A DNA stretch of 43,964 nucleotides from a virus. Lineage: Duplodnaviria; Heunggongvirae; Uroviricota; Caudoviricetes. The position numbers were made by a program, and so were the translations under genes. Of the stretch, positions 25,501-34,111 are shown one piece after another (the first letter of the stretch is position 1; each line of letters begins with the position of its first letter). The notes below the pieces were generated by a model, which was given only the letters and a program-made list of their open reading frames with translations, did not search any database and was not told where the DNA came from. The stretch lies in the IMG/VR virus record IMGVR_UViG_3300025861_000004; one strand, given 5' to 3'.

Positions 25501-27330
25501 GTGGCTAAGAAAAACAAAGAGAAGAAGGGCAAAGAGAAGGACCAGAAGACCGCTCAGCCTACGCCGGACGCGAAGAACTACACCGAGACGTCGATGACGG
25601 GGTTTGTCGAGCGCGTCTACACGGACGGTCGGACGATGCTGCACGTCGGTTACTGGAACCTGCTCGACAAGATGCGCCCCTACATCGGGGGCGCCACCGT
25701 CGAGGGGATGCACAAGAAGAACAACCTCCGGAAGGACCTTGAGAAGCAGAATGGCAAGGACGGGGTCATCGACCTGAACGACCTACTCCATGAGTACACC
25801 CACATCCTTATCGCGGAGCTCTCCGACAACGGCCACCTCCAGGAGGCGGCCACCTACCTGTCTCGGAAGTGGTACGCGAAGTTCCCCAACGCGCGCGAGG
25901 CGCTCATCGCCTCAGGCAAGGCCCGCTTCGAGGACCTCCCGCTGCTGCTGCCCGTCGGATCCTCCGTCCTGGTGCGCGATCCGAGCGACTGCAACCGGGA
26001 CCTCGGGGCCGAGGTCGTCGGGATCTCCTTTGACGCCTGGTGGCATCGCCTCATCTTTGAGGTGAAGTTCATTGAAGGGATCAAGGGCAACGCGGTCTAC
26101 GCGCAGAAGCGGATCCGCGTCCGCGCCCATGATGGCTACCTCCCGTTCGGGGAGCTCAACCTCCGGCCCCTGGACGACCAGAACCGGGAGCGCCTGTCTC
26201 GTCGGGGGGAGACCTTCCTGTCTCTACTCACCCGCGACGGAGCGCACTACGCGCAGTACCACGGCAGCCTGGTGCTGAACTACGGCTGGGGCGAGATGAC
26301 GGTTCGGGCGGATGGCCGCTGCATGATCGACCCGACCGGGTTCGCGCGCTTCGACAAGACCCAGTACGGAGCGTCTCAGAACCAGTACAGCAATCGCTGG
26401 TGGGAGGTCGCCGACTCGGACAACGAGGATGCCGGTGCTGCGCGCTGCGCGCTGACCCCAGACATGCTGTGGATGACCTCTCCGATGGTGGCGGGCTACT
26501 CGCTGACCGCCAAGCGGTGGGGTAAGTTCCTCATCGCCAACGTCTCCGAGATCAACTTCCGCGACGATGCCATCGACGCGCTCGTGCTCGACGACCGGAA
26601 GAAGAAGCTCATCATCGCTCTCGTCAAGCACAACGACGACAAGCTGCGGTTCCGGGACGTCATCGAGGGCAAGGGCGGGGGGACGATCTTCCTGCTGCAC
26701 GGCACGCCGGGAACGGGCAAGACGCTGACCGCCGAGGCGGTCGCTGAGGCCCTGCACCAGCCGCTGTACTCGGTGTCGATCGGCGAGCTCGGCACCGACC
26801 CTGAGTCGCTGGAGAGCAAGCTCACCACCATCCTGGAGCTCGCCGCCATGTGGCGGGCGGTGCTGCTGCTCGACGAGGCCGACATCTTCCTGGAGAAGCG
26901 CGCCTCGGACATCGAGCGCAACGCGATGGTCGGTGTGTTCCTCCGGCTGCTGGAGTACCACAACGGCGTCCTCATGCTGACGACCAACCGCGTCAACGAG
27001 TTCGACGCGGCCTTCCACAGCCGGATCTCGCTCGCCATCAAGTACCCCAAGATGGGCCGCGAGACCCGTGAGGCCGTGTGGACGCGCCTGCTTAAAGCCT
27101 CTGGCTTCGGGCACATCGAAGCCTCCAAGCTCTCCCACCTGGAGATCAACGGACGCGAGGTGAAGAACCTCATCCGCATCGCCTCCATCTCCGCCAAGGA
27201 GGAGGGAGTCGCGCTGTCGGTCCAGCACCTGCTCGACTGCTACGCCCTCCAGCAGGAGTTCATCGCCGACGCGACCGCCTCCAGCCGCCAGAAGCGCCAG
27301 AAGCGCCCGAAGCGGGTCAAGGCCGCCTAG
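25501..27330 (+). CDS. AAA+ ATPase
   Basis: GTPGTGKT, LLLDEAD, LLEYHNGVLMLTTNR, AFHSRI. Confidence 0.9.
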   Translation: MAKKNKEKKGKEKDQKTAQPTPDAKNYTETSMTGFVERVYTDGRTMLHVGYWNLLDKMRPYIGGATVEGMHKKNNLRKDLEKQNGKDGVIDLNDLLHEYTHILIAELSDNGHLQEAATYLSRKWYAKFPNAREALIASGKARFEDLPLLLPVGSSVLVRDPSDCNRDLGAEVVGISFDAWWHRLIFEVKFIEGIKGNAVYAQKRIRVRAHDGYLPFGELNLRPLDDQNRERLSRRGETFLSLLTRDGAHYAQYHGSLVLNYGWGEMTVRADGRCMIDPTGFARFDKTQYGASQNQYSNRWWEVADSDNEDAGAARCALTPDMLWMTSPMVAGYSLTAKRWGKFLIANVSEINFRDDAIDALVLDDRKKKLIIALVKHNDDKLRFRDVIEGKGGGTIFLLHGTPGTGKTLTAEAVAEALHQPLYSVSIGELGTDPESLESKLTTILELAAMWRAVLLLDEADIFLEKRASDIERNAMVGVFLRLLEYHNGVLMLTTNRVNEFDAAFHSRISLAIKYPKMGRETREAVWTRLLKASGFGHIEASKLSHLEINGREVKNLIRIASISAKEEGVALSVQHLLDCYALQQEFIADATASSRQKRQKRPKRVKAA

Positions 27331-27342
27331 CGGTCCCGCAGC

Positions 27343-27381
27343 TGCACATGGGTCATAGTCGACGACTATGACCCATGTGCA
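27343..27381. repeat. Perfect inverted repeat (18-bp arms, 3-nt loop)
   Basis: TGCACATGGGTCATAGTC-GAC-GACTATGACCCATGTGCA. Confidence 0.9.
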
Positions 27382-27614
27382 TCGCCCCCAAAGACTCCTA
27401 CTTCCTCATCACGAGCGACGAGGACGGCATCAAGATCCGAGAGATCGACGAAGCTGACCTCGCCGAGTTCCTGTACCACAAGCCCGGATGCCACGGTGGA
27501 GTCCCCGACCAGTACAAGGGGTCGTTCGAGGGCGCGGCGGCGAACAAGTCCCTCGTCATCAAGGGGCGCATCGTGACCCCGCGACGTCGAGGCCGTCGCT
27601 TCGTGTCCTGCTAG
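27375..27614 (+). CDS. Small hypothetical protein
   Basis: High GC3; start lies inside the inverted repeat. Confidence 0.55.
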   Translation: MCIAPKDSYFLITSDEDGIKIREIDEADLAEFLYHKPGCHGGVPDQYKGSFEGAAANKSLVIKGRIVTPRRRGRRFVSC

Positions 27615-28708
27615 CCGAACCGCTCGGTGTCGGTGCCTGGAGGTGGGCCGGGAGGTACCTCCCCCGTCGTGGCGAGCACCTGGATGTCGCGGACGGGCAT
27701 GTCGAGCGGGTAGTGCTCTGACCACTCGGTCGTGCAGGCAAGGTTCAGGGTCGTGGTGAAGTAGGGCTCGTCGGCGTTGTCGTCGTAGCTCTCCTCCGAG
27801 TCGGCTCCAATACTTACCTGGGATATCTCGATCCCCTCGCTGGACAGGCGGGACCTCGCGACCCCCCAGAGGTAGCTGGCGGTCTTGTCGGCGATCTCGC
27901 GCTGGTCGTGGACGTCGCGCGCGAACACGTCGATGTCCGCCGAGAGCTCCCACTGTCCTCCGTACTCCATCGCGGTGGGCCGACGGAACGGTTCCACCAC
28001 GACCCCCACCACGTCCCCCTCGCGGAGGTTACGGCCTATCGCGACCACGACACCCGGTACCGCTGTGGTGAGGGGCGTGTTCCCCGACACGGGGAACGGT
28101 CCTCGCTCCCCAGCGTCGTAGCGGTAGTCGGCGACGGCCGACTCCTTGCGGGTGAGGGGCTTCTTGAGGGTCACGACCCCGCGCGCGGGGTCGGTGGTGA
28201 ACTCCGACTCCTCCAGGACGTAGTCGTACGGCTGCACGCGGATCCGCATGGACCGCGGGACGAAGGGGCGGCTTGCCAGCAGGTCGAGCGGGCCCTTCGG
28301 TTTGAGGGTCTCCTTCCGCACGTCGAGGAAGGCGTCCACCAGGACGACGAGCTGCTTGTGGTGCAGGTCGTACGCGAGGCAGAGCCAGTAGATGCCTGGC
28401 GGGGAGGGGAAGGGCTGACCTGGCCGGATGGCGCTTGGGTCCTCGCGGACCCACTCGACGAATGCCCCCCGCTTGCCCGCGAAGTAGGTGAGACGGACGC
28501 GCGAGTGAACCAAGCCCCGGTAGTGGTCGGCGCTCGTGATGACGGGGTTTGCCCCTCCGATCTTCACCACGATCCCCCGCTGGGGCCGCTCGCGTAATCC
28601 GTGCTTACCTTGCACCTGGAGGTCGGGGAACGCCGCGTGGTCGGCCCAGTAGCGCTGAAGCTCCTCGACCAGGCGGCGGCCGAGAAGCTCGGTCATTCGT
28701 AGGAACAT
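27611..28708 (-). CDS. Putative virion structural (neck/tail-completion-like) protein
   Basis: C-terminal WELSADIDVFARD...IADK...YFTTTLNL resembles tail-terminator folds; weak similarity judged by eye. Confidence 0.45.
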   Translation of the reverse strand: MFLRMTELLGRRLVEELQRYWADHAAFPDLQVQGKHGLRERPQRGIVVKIGGANPVITSADHYRGLVHSRVRLTYFAGKRGAFVEWVREDPSAIRPGQPFPSPPGIYWLCLAYDLHHKQLVVLVDAFLDVRKETLKPKGPLDLLASRPFVPRSMRIRVQPYDYVLEESEFTTDPARGVVTLKKPLTRKESAVADYRYDAGERGPFPVSGNTPLTTAVPGVVVAIGRNLREGDVVGVVVEPFRRPTAMEYGGQWELSADIDVFARDVHDQREIADKTASYLWGVARSRLSSEGIEISQVSIGADSEESYDDNADEPYFTTTLNLACTTEWSEHYPLDMPVRDIQVLATTGEVPPGPPPGTDTERFG

Positions 28709-28739
28709 CTTGACAGGGGCCGCGTGATAGGGGACGTGC

Positions 28740-28746
28740 TCAGCTC
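28740..28746 (+). promoter_or_regulatory. TCAGCTC promoter-like motif
   Basis: ATG 28777 at +31; -10 slot TCGGC. Confidence 0.72.
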
Positions 28747-28776
28747 TTAGGGCCCGCTACCCCTCGGCTCACTCCC

Positions 28777-28974
28777 ATGAGCGCACCCATGTACGAGTGC
28801 ACGGGGCCCTGTCGCGGTAAGTGGACGGCGGAGGCGACCTTTCCCTACGGGAAGTGTCCCCGCTGCGGGACTTCCCTCTTCAACCCCGCCGCCCAACCCC
28901 TGCGGGTCGTGCCCCTCTCCGTCTTCATGGCCGAGGAGGCCCGGTCCACATCCCCGGATAAGCTCAAGACATGA
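28777..28974 (+). CDS. Small zinc-ribbon protein
   Basis: CTGPC...CPRC. Confidence 0.65.
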   Translation: MSAPMYECTGPCRGKWTAEATFPYGKCPRCGTSLFNPAAQPLRVVPLSVFMAEEARSTSPDKLKT

Positions 28975-29573
28975 GTCCAAACGAACCCTCGCGCCGTGCT
29001 ATCCCCGCGGCCACCAAGATCCCCCTCGTCGTCATAGGCGAGCCCTTCCAGCGTCCCTGCGATCAGACCGTCGTGGTCTTCCTCCGCAAGCCCGAGTGGC
29101 AGCAGGCGACCCTGATGACGAACGGGATGTTCTCGGTCACCTCCGCGTGGGGAAACTACGCCTACTCGTGGAACGGCTTCGGGGACGACTTCGTCGGGTG
29201 GTTCTGCGGGATCGACGGCAGCTACCTGCTGTCCAAGGTGAACCCCGGCAACGTGTTTGACCGAGAGACGTCCGAGAGAATGGCCCGCAACCTCGTGCGA
29301 GATCTCCGTCGCGACAATACCATCACTCCCGGCCAGGCACGAGCGCTACGCAAAGACGTCGACATCGGGAGCGAATCGGAGGCGGTTGACTGGTTCAGCA
29401 AGACCCACGCGACGGCGGACTACTCCGAGTCGGTGCGCGTCTCGGACCACACGGACTGGAACGCGGTCCCGGTCGCGAGCATGCCAAACCCGCAGGCTGC
29501 GGCATACTGTCGTAAGGGCCTGCCCGCCCTCCAGCGGGCGCTTCGGCGAGCTCGAAAGGAAGGGAAGATCTGA
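28971..29573 (+). CDS. Hypothetical protein
   Basis: ATGA coupling. Confidence 0.75.
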   Translation: MSPNEPSRRAIPAATKIPLVVIGEPFQRPCDQTVVVFLRKPEWQQATLMTNGMFSVTSAWGNYAYSWNGFGDDFVGWFCGIDGSYLLSKVNPGNVFDRETSERMARNLVRDLRRDNTITPGQARALRKDVDIGSESEAVDWFSKTHATADYSESVRVSDHTDWNAVPVASMPNPQAAAYCRKGLPALQRALRRARKEGKI

Positions 29574-29827
29574 TGTCCAAGGGCAGCAGGCGGGTGGTCT
29601 TCTGGTCAGCGGTTACGGCCGCCGGCCTTGGCGTGACGCTCGCGGCGGGCACGAGCGCGGGTCAGCGGGTCCTCGGGACGTGGCAGGACGCGGTCGCCAC
29701 CTGGACCTCGCTGGGCACCCTCGCGTCAGGTGCCGCTGGGGGCCTAGCGGCCGTTCGTCGCGCGGGCCAGGTGGTTCGGTCCGTCCTCACGCGGGTCAGC
29801 TCCGCGGCGGATCGCCCCGGCGATTAA
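29573..29827 (+). CDS. Small hypothetical membrane-associated protein
   Basis: TGATG coupling; hydrophobic. Confidence 0.6.
   Translation: MSKGSRRVVFWSAVTAAGLGVTLAAGTSAGQRVLGTWQDAVATWTSLGTLASGAAGGLAAVRRAGQVVRSVLTRVSSAADRPGD
29796..29802 (+). promoter_or_regulatory. TCAGCTC promoter-like motif inside the end of the upstream CDS
   Basis: ATG 29833 at +31; -10 slot GCGAT. Confidence 0.7.
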
Positions 29828-29832
29828 CCCGC

Positions 29833-30270
29833 ATGGCCACCCTACCGAGCTACGAGATCGTGAGGGCGCGCGAGGACGCGCGCGTTGCGGCCTTCTTGGC
29901 TCCCTACAAGGGGAACGCGTCTTCCGAGGTGCTCAGCCTAGTCCTGACGACCAAGAGGGAGCGCATCGACCAGGCGCTCACCCCGTACCGACCAGGGCTC
30001 CCCCCGAAGGACCTCGTGCTCCTCCATGCGAGTTGGCAAGCGTATGCTGAGGGGTTTGAGGCGGGTGTCATCTACGACTTCTACGTCGTCGACGGGGTGC
30101 TGTTCTACAAGCTGCACCACGAACCGTGCACGAACATCCGGCCCGTGACTGCGTTCCCCGACTGGGACAAGCTGGAGTTTCGACCCTGGTGCGCCACCTG
30201 GGACGACACGGAGGTGTGGCTCGCCCGGCGACGAGAGCAAACCTTGACAGCCAAGGTTGCCGACAGATAA
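29833..30270 (+). CDS. Hypothetical protein
   Basis: High GC3; start at motif spacing. Confidence 0.7.
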   Translation: MATLPSYEIVRAREDARVAAFLAPYKGNASSEVLSLVLTTKRERIDQALTPYRPGLPPKDLVLLHASWQAYAEGFEAGVIYDFYVVDGVLFYKLHHEPCTNIRPVTAFPDWDKLEFRPWCATWDDTEVWLARRREQTLTAKVADR

Positions 30271-30273
30271 CTT
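30244..30273 (+). promoter_or_regulatory. Sigma70-like promoter
   Basis: TTGACA (30244-30249), 18 nt, TAACTT (30268-30273). Confidence 0.5.
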
Positions 30274-30279
30274 ACCAGT

Positions 30280-30472
30280 TGGTCACGGGTCCGACGGGAT
30301 CGCCAGGGCCTCGCCGACCTCGGCGTTAAGGAGGGCTGCCGGAACAGGCTTCTGCGTTGCTTGGTTCCGCAAGCTGGAGGAGTACACAGGTAACGCAACG
30401 GGTTGAGGTGTGATGCTTGCACCCTAACTCCGAAGGGCCGTGTTGGGGTGACCTGACACGGCCCTTCCTTTT
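30280..30472 (+). ncRNA. Candidate structured leader or small RNA upstream of the release factor
   Basis: Non-coding, multiple hairpins, ends in a terminator. Confidence 0.45.
30432..30472 (+). terminator. Intrinsic terminator/attenuator
   Basis: GAAGGGCCGTGT/ACACGGCCCTTC 12-bp stem followed by CTTTT. Confidence 0.75.
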
Positions 30473-30480
30473 GACCCTCT

Positions 30481-30589
30481 GCAATCTTTTTTCGGGTACG
30501 AGGTCCGACCTGCAATGTTTTTTCGGATTAGAGGCCATTCTCGTAATCTTTTTTCGGGTACGAGGTCCGACCTGCAATGTTTTTTCGGA
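30481..30589 (+). repeat. Four G(C/T)AAT(C/G)TTTTTTCGG boxes at a 31-bp period (45-bp perfect direct repeat, period 62)
   Basis: Boxes at 30481, 30512, 30543 and 30574; 30483-30527 is identical to 30545-30589. Confidence 0.92.
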
Positions 30590-30620
30590 GAAGGGCCCAG
30601 CCAGGCCCAGGAGGAACGTC

Positions 30621-31290
30621 ATGAACAGCATCCTGGTAGAAGTGAGGGCCGCCGAGGGCGGCGACGACGCGAAGAACCTCGTGCGCCAGCAGGTACGCAT
30701 CTATGTGCGACGCTGCGAGCGGAGGGGTCTTTAGCGCGGCTCTCGTTGAGGAGCGACCGGGGATCGCGATCCTTGAGGTGTCCGGCGCCGGCGCGGAGGC
30801 AGCCTTTGCGGACGAGCCCGGCGGGCACCGGTGGCAGCGGGTCCCCGAGACCGAGAAGCGGGGGCGCGTCCATACTTCTTCGCTGACGGTCGCCATCCTT
30901 CCTGTAGCGACAGACGCTGAGGTAGATGTACGAAGTTCCGACTTTGAATGGCAAGCCACCCGAGGCAGCGGAGCAGGAGGCCAGCATCGCAATAAAACGA
31001 GCTCAGCCGTCATCTTGCGTCATATACCGACGGGAATCGTGGTCCGCTGCGAATCGGAACGCAGCCAACACAGCAACCGACGCACCGCGATGTCCCTCCT
31101 CCTGTTCAAGCTGAGAACCCAGAGCCAAGAGGGTGCGCAAGCAGGCCGAGCCAAGCTGCGACGTGATCAAGTTGGAAGAGGGTGTCGCGGAGATAAGATC
31201 CGTACGGTCGCCGTTCAGCGCGACGAGGTTGTCGACCACCGACTGAACAAACGCTGGAGCTACCGCGAGTATGAGCGAGGAGGATGGTAG
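30621..31290 (+). CDS. Class-I peptide chain release factor homolog (RF1-type PET loop, GGQ, no domain 1), 222 aa via +1 frameshift
   Basis: GGAGGA SD; ILVEVRAAEGG; GHRWQRVPETEKRGRVHTSS; GAGGQHRNKTSSAV; ERSQHSNR. Confidence 0.88.
30721..30735 (+). promoter_or_regulatory. prfB-type +1 programmed frameshift cassette with UAG
   Basis: GGAGG-GGT-CTT-TAG-C: internal SD 3 nt before CUU-U, stop codon, then C. Confidence 0.82.
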
Positions 31291-31294
31291 GCCG

Positions 31295-31909
31295 CTAGGC
31301 GGCAGCATGCGGGCATACCCCTCCGTTGACCGCGCGTCCGCAGTTGCAGTTGAAACATAGCACTCGGTACCCGTCTGGATACTTCTGCCTCTTCAACCAC
31401 CTATATAGTTTCCCGTGGAGGTCGATACGATGCTTCTTGCCTCCACCCATCACGTGGTCGATGGTTAGGAACCCGATTCGGTCCTCTCTGCAACATTCGC
31501 AACGTCCCCCATAGGCCGTCAGTACCTCAACCTTCAGGGTCTGTTCGCGCTTCCGAAGTCGGAGCTTGCACCGATCACACCAACGAGGTCCCTCTCCCTC
31601 ACATTTTGGCGCCCCACATCGAGGGCATAAAGTAGGGTCGACTTGGTGGGCTTCGCGTCTCGTCTTTCCCTTCTCTTGGTACTTCTCCCGACATGCGGTG
31701 CAGAGCTTCCCCGGGGAGTCCAGCGGACCTCGACAATCCGCGCATCTTCCTGACGCGACTAGCGCGGCCTTCCTCCGCCGGTCATACTCAATAGCGCAAC
31801 CACATGTCTGTTTACCAAGACGCGGCGGGTTCGTCCCACACCTGACACAGAGTCCGGCCTCTTGGAGGGACTTACGCCTGGCGGTTTGCCAGGCTGTCTT
31901 CTTGTTCAT
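31295..31909 (-). CDS. Free-standing HNH endonuclease with Cys-rich N-terminal repeats
   Basis: FLTIDHVMGGG...YRVLCFNCNCG; several CxxC motifs; lower GC. Confidence 0.82.
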   Translation of the reverse strand: MNKKTAWQTARRKSLQEAGLCVRCGTNPPRLGKQTCGCAIEYDRRRKAALVASGRCADCRGPLDSPGKLCTACREKYQEKGKTRREAHQVDPTLCPRCGAPKCEGEGPRWCDRCKLRLRKREQTLKVEVLTAYGGRCECCREDRIGFLTIDHVMGGGKKHRIDLHGKLYRWLKRQKYPDGYRVLCFNCNCGRAVNGGVCPHAAA

Positions 31910-31950
31910 ACTTCTACGCTGGCCATAAACCCAGCACAAAAACATCCTGG

Positions 31951-31995
31951 GGCCGGCGGTGGACCTACCGCGACTACGAGCGCGGCGACTGGTAA
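31951..31995 (+). pseudogene. Orphan duplicate of the release factor 3' end
   Basis: GRRWTYRDYERGDW* versus the RF terminus NKRWSYREYERGGW*. Confidence 0.85.
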
Positions 31996-32032
31996 CCGAT
32001 CATCGTTGAGCGGTTAGGTCCCCCAGGAAGGT

Positions 32033-32347
32033 CTAGGCGCTCATCCGTGAGCGCCTAGCCGTGGGGATTGGCTCGCAACGAATGCGCCGGGCCAGGATCT
32101 TCATCGCCCACGGCTGAGGGAGTGCGGGGGTCGTGAAGACGAAGCCGAACGGTCGACGCAGCATGCGCGTGACCTGCACGTTGAAGGGCGTGCAGGCTTC
32201 TTGCAGGACCTTCCGGTACTCCTCGATGTCCTCGTACTCGGACTCGTCGCGCCAGCGGTCAGCGAGGCGGCACGCAAGGTCGCGGATCGCGTCGAAGAAC
32301 GGACGAACGACGTCCATGGGGCGGGAGGGGGTCGAAGGTGGGCTCAT
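32033..32347 (-). CDS. Hypothetical protein
   Basis: Start at motif +31. Confidence 0.7.
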   Translation of the reverse strand: MSPPSTPSRPMDVVRPFFDAIRDLACRLADRWRDESEYEDIEEYRKVLQEACTPFNVQVTRMLRRPFGFVFTTPALPQPWAMKILARRIRCEPIPTARRSRMSA

Positions 32348-32366
32348 ACCCACTTGTCAACGATCC

Positions 32367-32918
32367 CTACGACTTCAGAGCTGACCCGAGCCGCGCGCGA
32401 AGGGAGTCGAGGACCCCGCGGGCGTCGTCGTTCATGGCCCGCATGGTCTTCTCGGCGTGGGTGAGCTCGCTTTGGAGGCGAGCTACCTCCTCGGTGAGTC
32501 GGCGGATCTCTGCCTTATGGGCGGCTGCCTCACGGCCGATGCGCGTGACGATGTCGACCTCGTCCTCGATGAGGTTGTCATCGTCCAGGTGCCTGCGAAT
32601 GGTGCCCTCCAGCAGGAGTCGGCGCTGCTCGGACTGGCGACGAACGCGAATCGCCTCGTTACGGTCGCGCTCAGCGAGCGCTAGTTGACCGCGCAGGTAG
32701 GAGGGATCATCCTTGTCATCGACGGTCTCTGATCCTTCAAGGATCGCGTTGATGTACCGGACGTGCGGGCACTTGCAGGTGTCGTCCTCGGGGCAGTCCT
32801 TGAGGTGCTCGACGCTGTAGTCAACGACGTAGCGGGCGAGCCACGCGGCCAGGAGGTCCGATCGGTCCTTCTGGGCGCGAAGCTCCTTCTCTAGCTCGAT
32901 CTCGCGGGTGGTGGGCAT
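32367..32918 (-). CDS. Hypothetical coiled-coil protein
   Basis: Heptad-like C-terminus; GAGG SD-like sequence. Confidence 0.7.
   Translation of the reverse strand: MPTTREIELEKELRAQKDRSDLLAAWLARYVVDYSVEHLKDCPEDDTCKCPHVRYINAILEGSETVDDKDDPSYLRGQLALAERDRNEAIRVRRQSEQRRLLLEGTIRRHLDDDNLIEDEVDIVTRIGREAAAHKAEIRRLTEEVARLQSELTHAEKTMRAMNDDARGVLDSLRARLGSALKS
32378..32384 (-). promoter_or_regulatory. TCAGCTC promoter-like motif
   Basis: ATG 32347 at +31; -10 slot TTGAC. Confidence 0.75.
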
Positions 32919-32998
32919 GGGTTCCTCTCTGATTGCCTCCTCTGAATACCCCACACGCCAGGATCTGTCGGTAGGTCGCCTCTCCCCCAGCGGATCGC

Positions 32999-33454
32999 AT
33001 GGCGGACAACGCGACACGCAGCTACATCCTGGAGAACGCGGCCGAGTGGGCGAGGCGCGAGCGCAAGTGGCACCGACGCCTGGAGTGGGAGCGCCGGTGG
33101 AAGTGGATCGGGGCGGGCGCGCCCCCCGTCGTTGCCGCCGCGGGCGGACTCGTCGTCCACCTGTGGGGGCATCAGACGCTGGTGGTGGTGGTCGCCCCAC
33201 TGCTCCTGGGCCTCATCGGCCTCCGCAGCCTGGTGGCGAGCGGGCGGATCAGCGAGGGCAAGTACGAGGAGGTCTGGGCGATCGCCGACCGAGTGTCCAA
33301 GGTGTACAGGTCGCTGCGGGCCCGGCTCGACGACGGGGAGGACCCCACCCTGCTGCGGGTGGCGGCCGACGCGGTGGAGGCGGAGGCCCGCCTGGGGGTG
33401 CCCGAGGCGCTGCGGGGCGCGATCCGACTCGCTAGCGGAACGGGTCACCCTTAG
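32999..33454 (+). CDS. Two-TM protein, SLATT-like topology
   Basis: Amphipathic helix, TM hairpin, helical tail. Confidence 0.5.
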   Translation: MADNATRSYILENAAEWARRERKWHRRLEWERRWKWIGAGAPPVVAAAGGLVVHLWGHQTLVVVVAPLLLGLIGLRSLVASGRISEGKYEEVWAIADRVSKVYRSLRARLDDGEDPTLLRVAADAVEAEARLGVPEALRGAIRLASGTGHP

Positions 33455-34067
33455 CGAGGCGGCTCGCGGCGACCTCCAGCAGGAGCTCGGCCATCTCCTG
33501 TCGCGCGCGGCGCACGGCACGGTCTCCGAACGTCAGGCGGCGGATGCCCGGGTGGACCCAGGCGTCCGCGATGCGTTCGGGGGCGACGCGAAACAGCGTC
33601 GTCCCGAAGGGTCCTCGCATGGGGACGACGAGAGGACCCTTGCGGCTCGGGTCGTGCCGACGCGCCATCTCCTGAGTGAGCCAGGGCATCGGGTGGCGCG
33701 GGACACCCTTGGACAGCAGCTCGTCGAGCCCGTAGTAGGTGGAGGTGACCTCCACCTGGTTGCCCACGACCCGGAAGGAGAAGGACTTGTCGATGGGAGG
33801 CCCGCCCTGCGGCTGCCCCTCCTGCGCGTGGTGGACCCGCTTGGGCGCATCGACCCCCCCGATCTGGGCGGACGCGCTGCTCCCCCCGTGGGAGCCGGGG
33901 GCCTTGAGGCTCCAGTTGCGGCGGGCGAAGTCCTTGCGGGCCTCCTCCGCGAAGACCTTGACGAGTAGCTTCCCGATCGCCTGGACCTCACGGGGTGTCA
34001 GGGGCTCCCGCTTGATCTTCGACCACGGCTTGAGGTAGGTGCGGCGCGCGACTCGTAAGCCCTTCAT
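33432..34067 (-). CDS. Putative virion morphogenesis/neck protein
   Basis: Basic protein with WVHPG...F pattern typical of gp10-like neck proteins; weak. Confidence 0.4.
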   Translation of the reverse strand: MKGLRVARRTYLKPWSKIKREPLTPREVQAIGKLLVKVFAEEARKDFARRNWSLKAPGSHGGSSASAQIGGVDAPKRVHHAQEGQPQGGPPIDKSFSFRVVGNQVEVTSTYYGLDELLSKGVPRHPMPWLTQEMARRHDPSRKGPLVVPMRGPFGTTLFRVAPERIADAWVHPGIRRLTFGDRAVRRARQEMAELLLEVAASRLAKGDPFR

Positions 34068-34111
34068 GCCCTCATGATATCGGGCTCCAGCGAGAGGGTT
34101 GACGAAATAAG

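Noticed and set aside
30286-30305. tmRNA-like 5' segment (CGACGGGAT)
   Set aside because: No matching T-arm/CCA 3' end and no tag frame
30481-30589. CRISPR array
   Set aside because: The boxes are only about 15 nt, the about 16-nt linkers are themselves duplicated, and no cas genes are present
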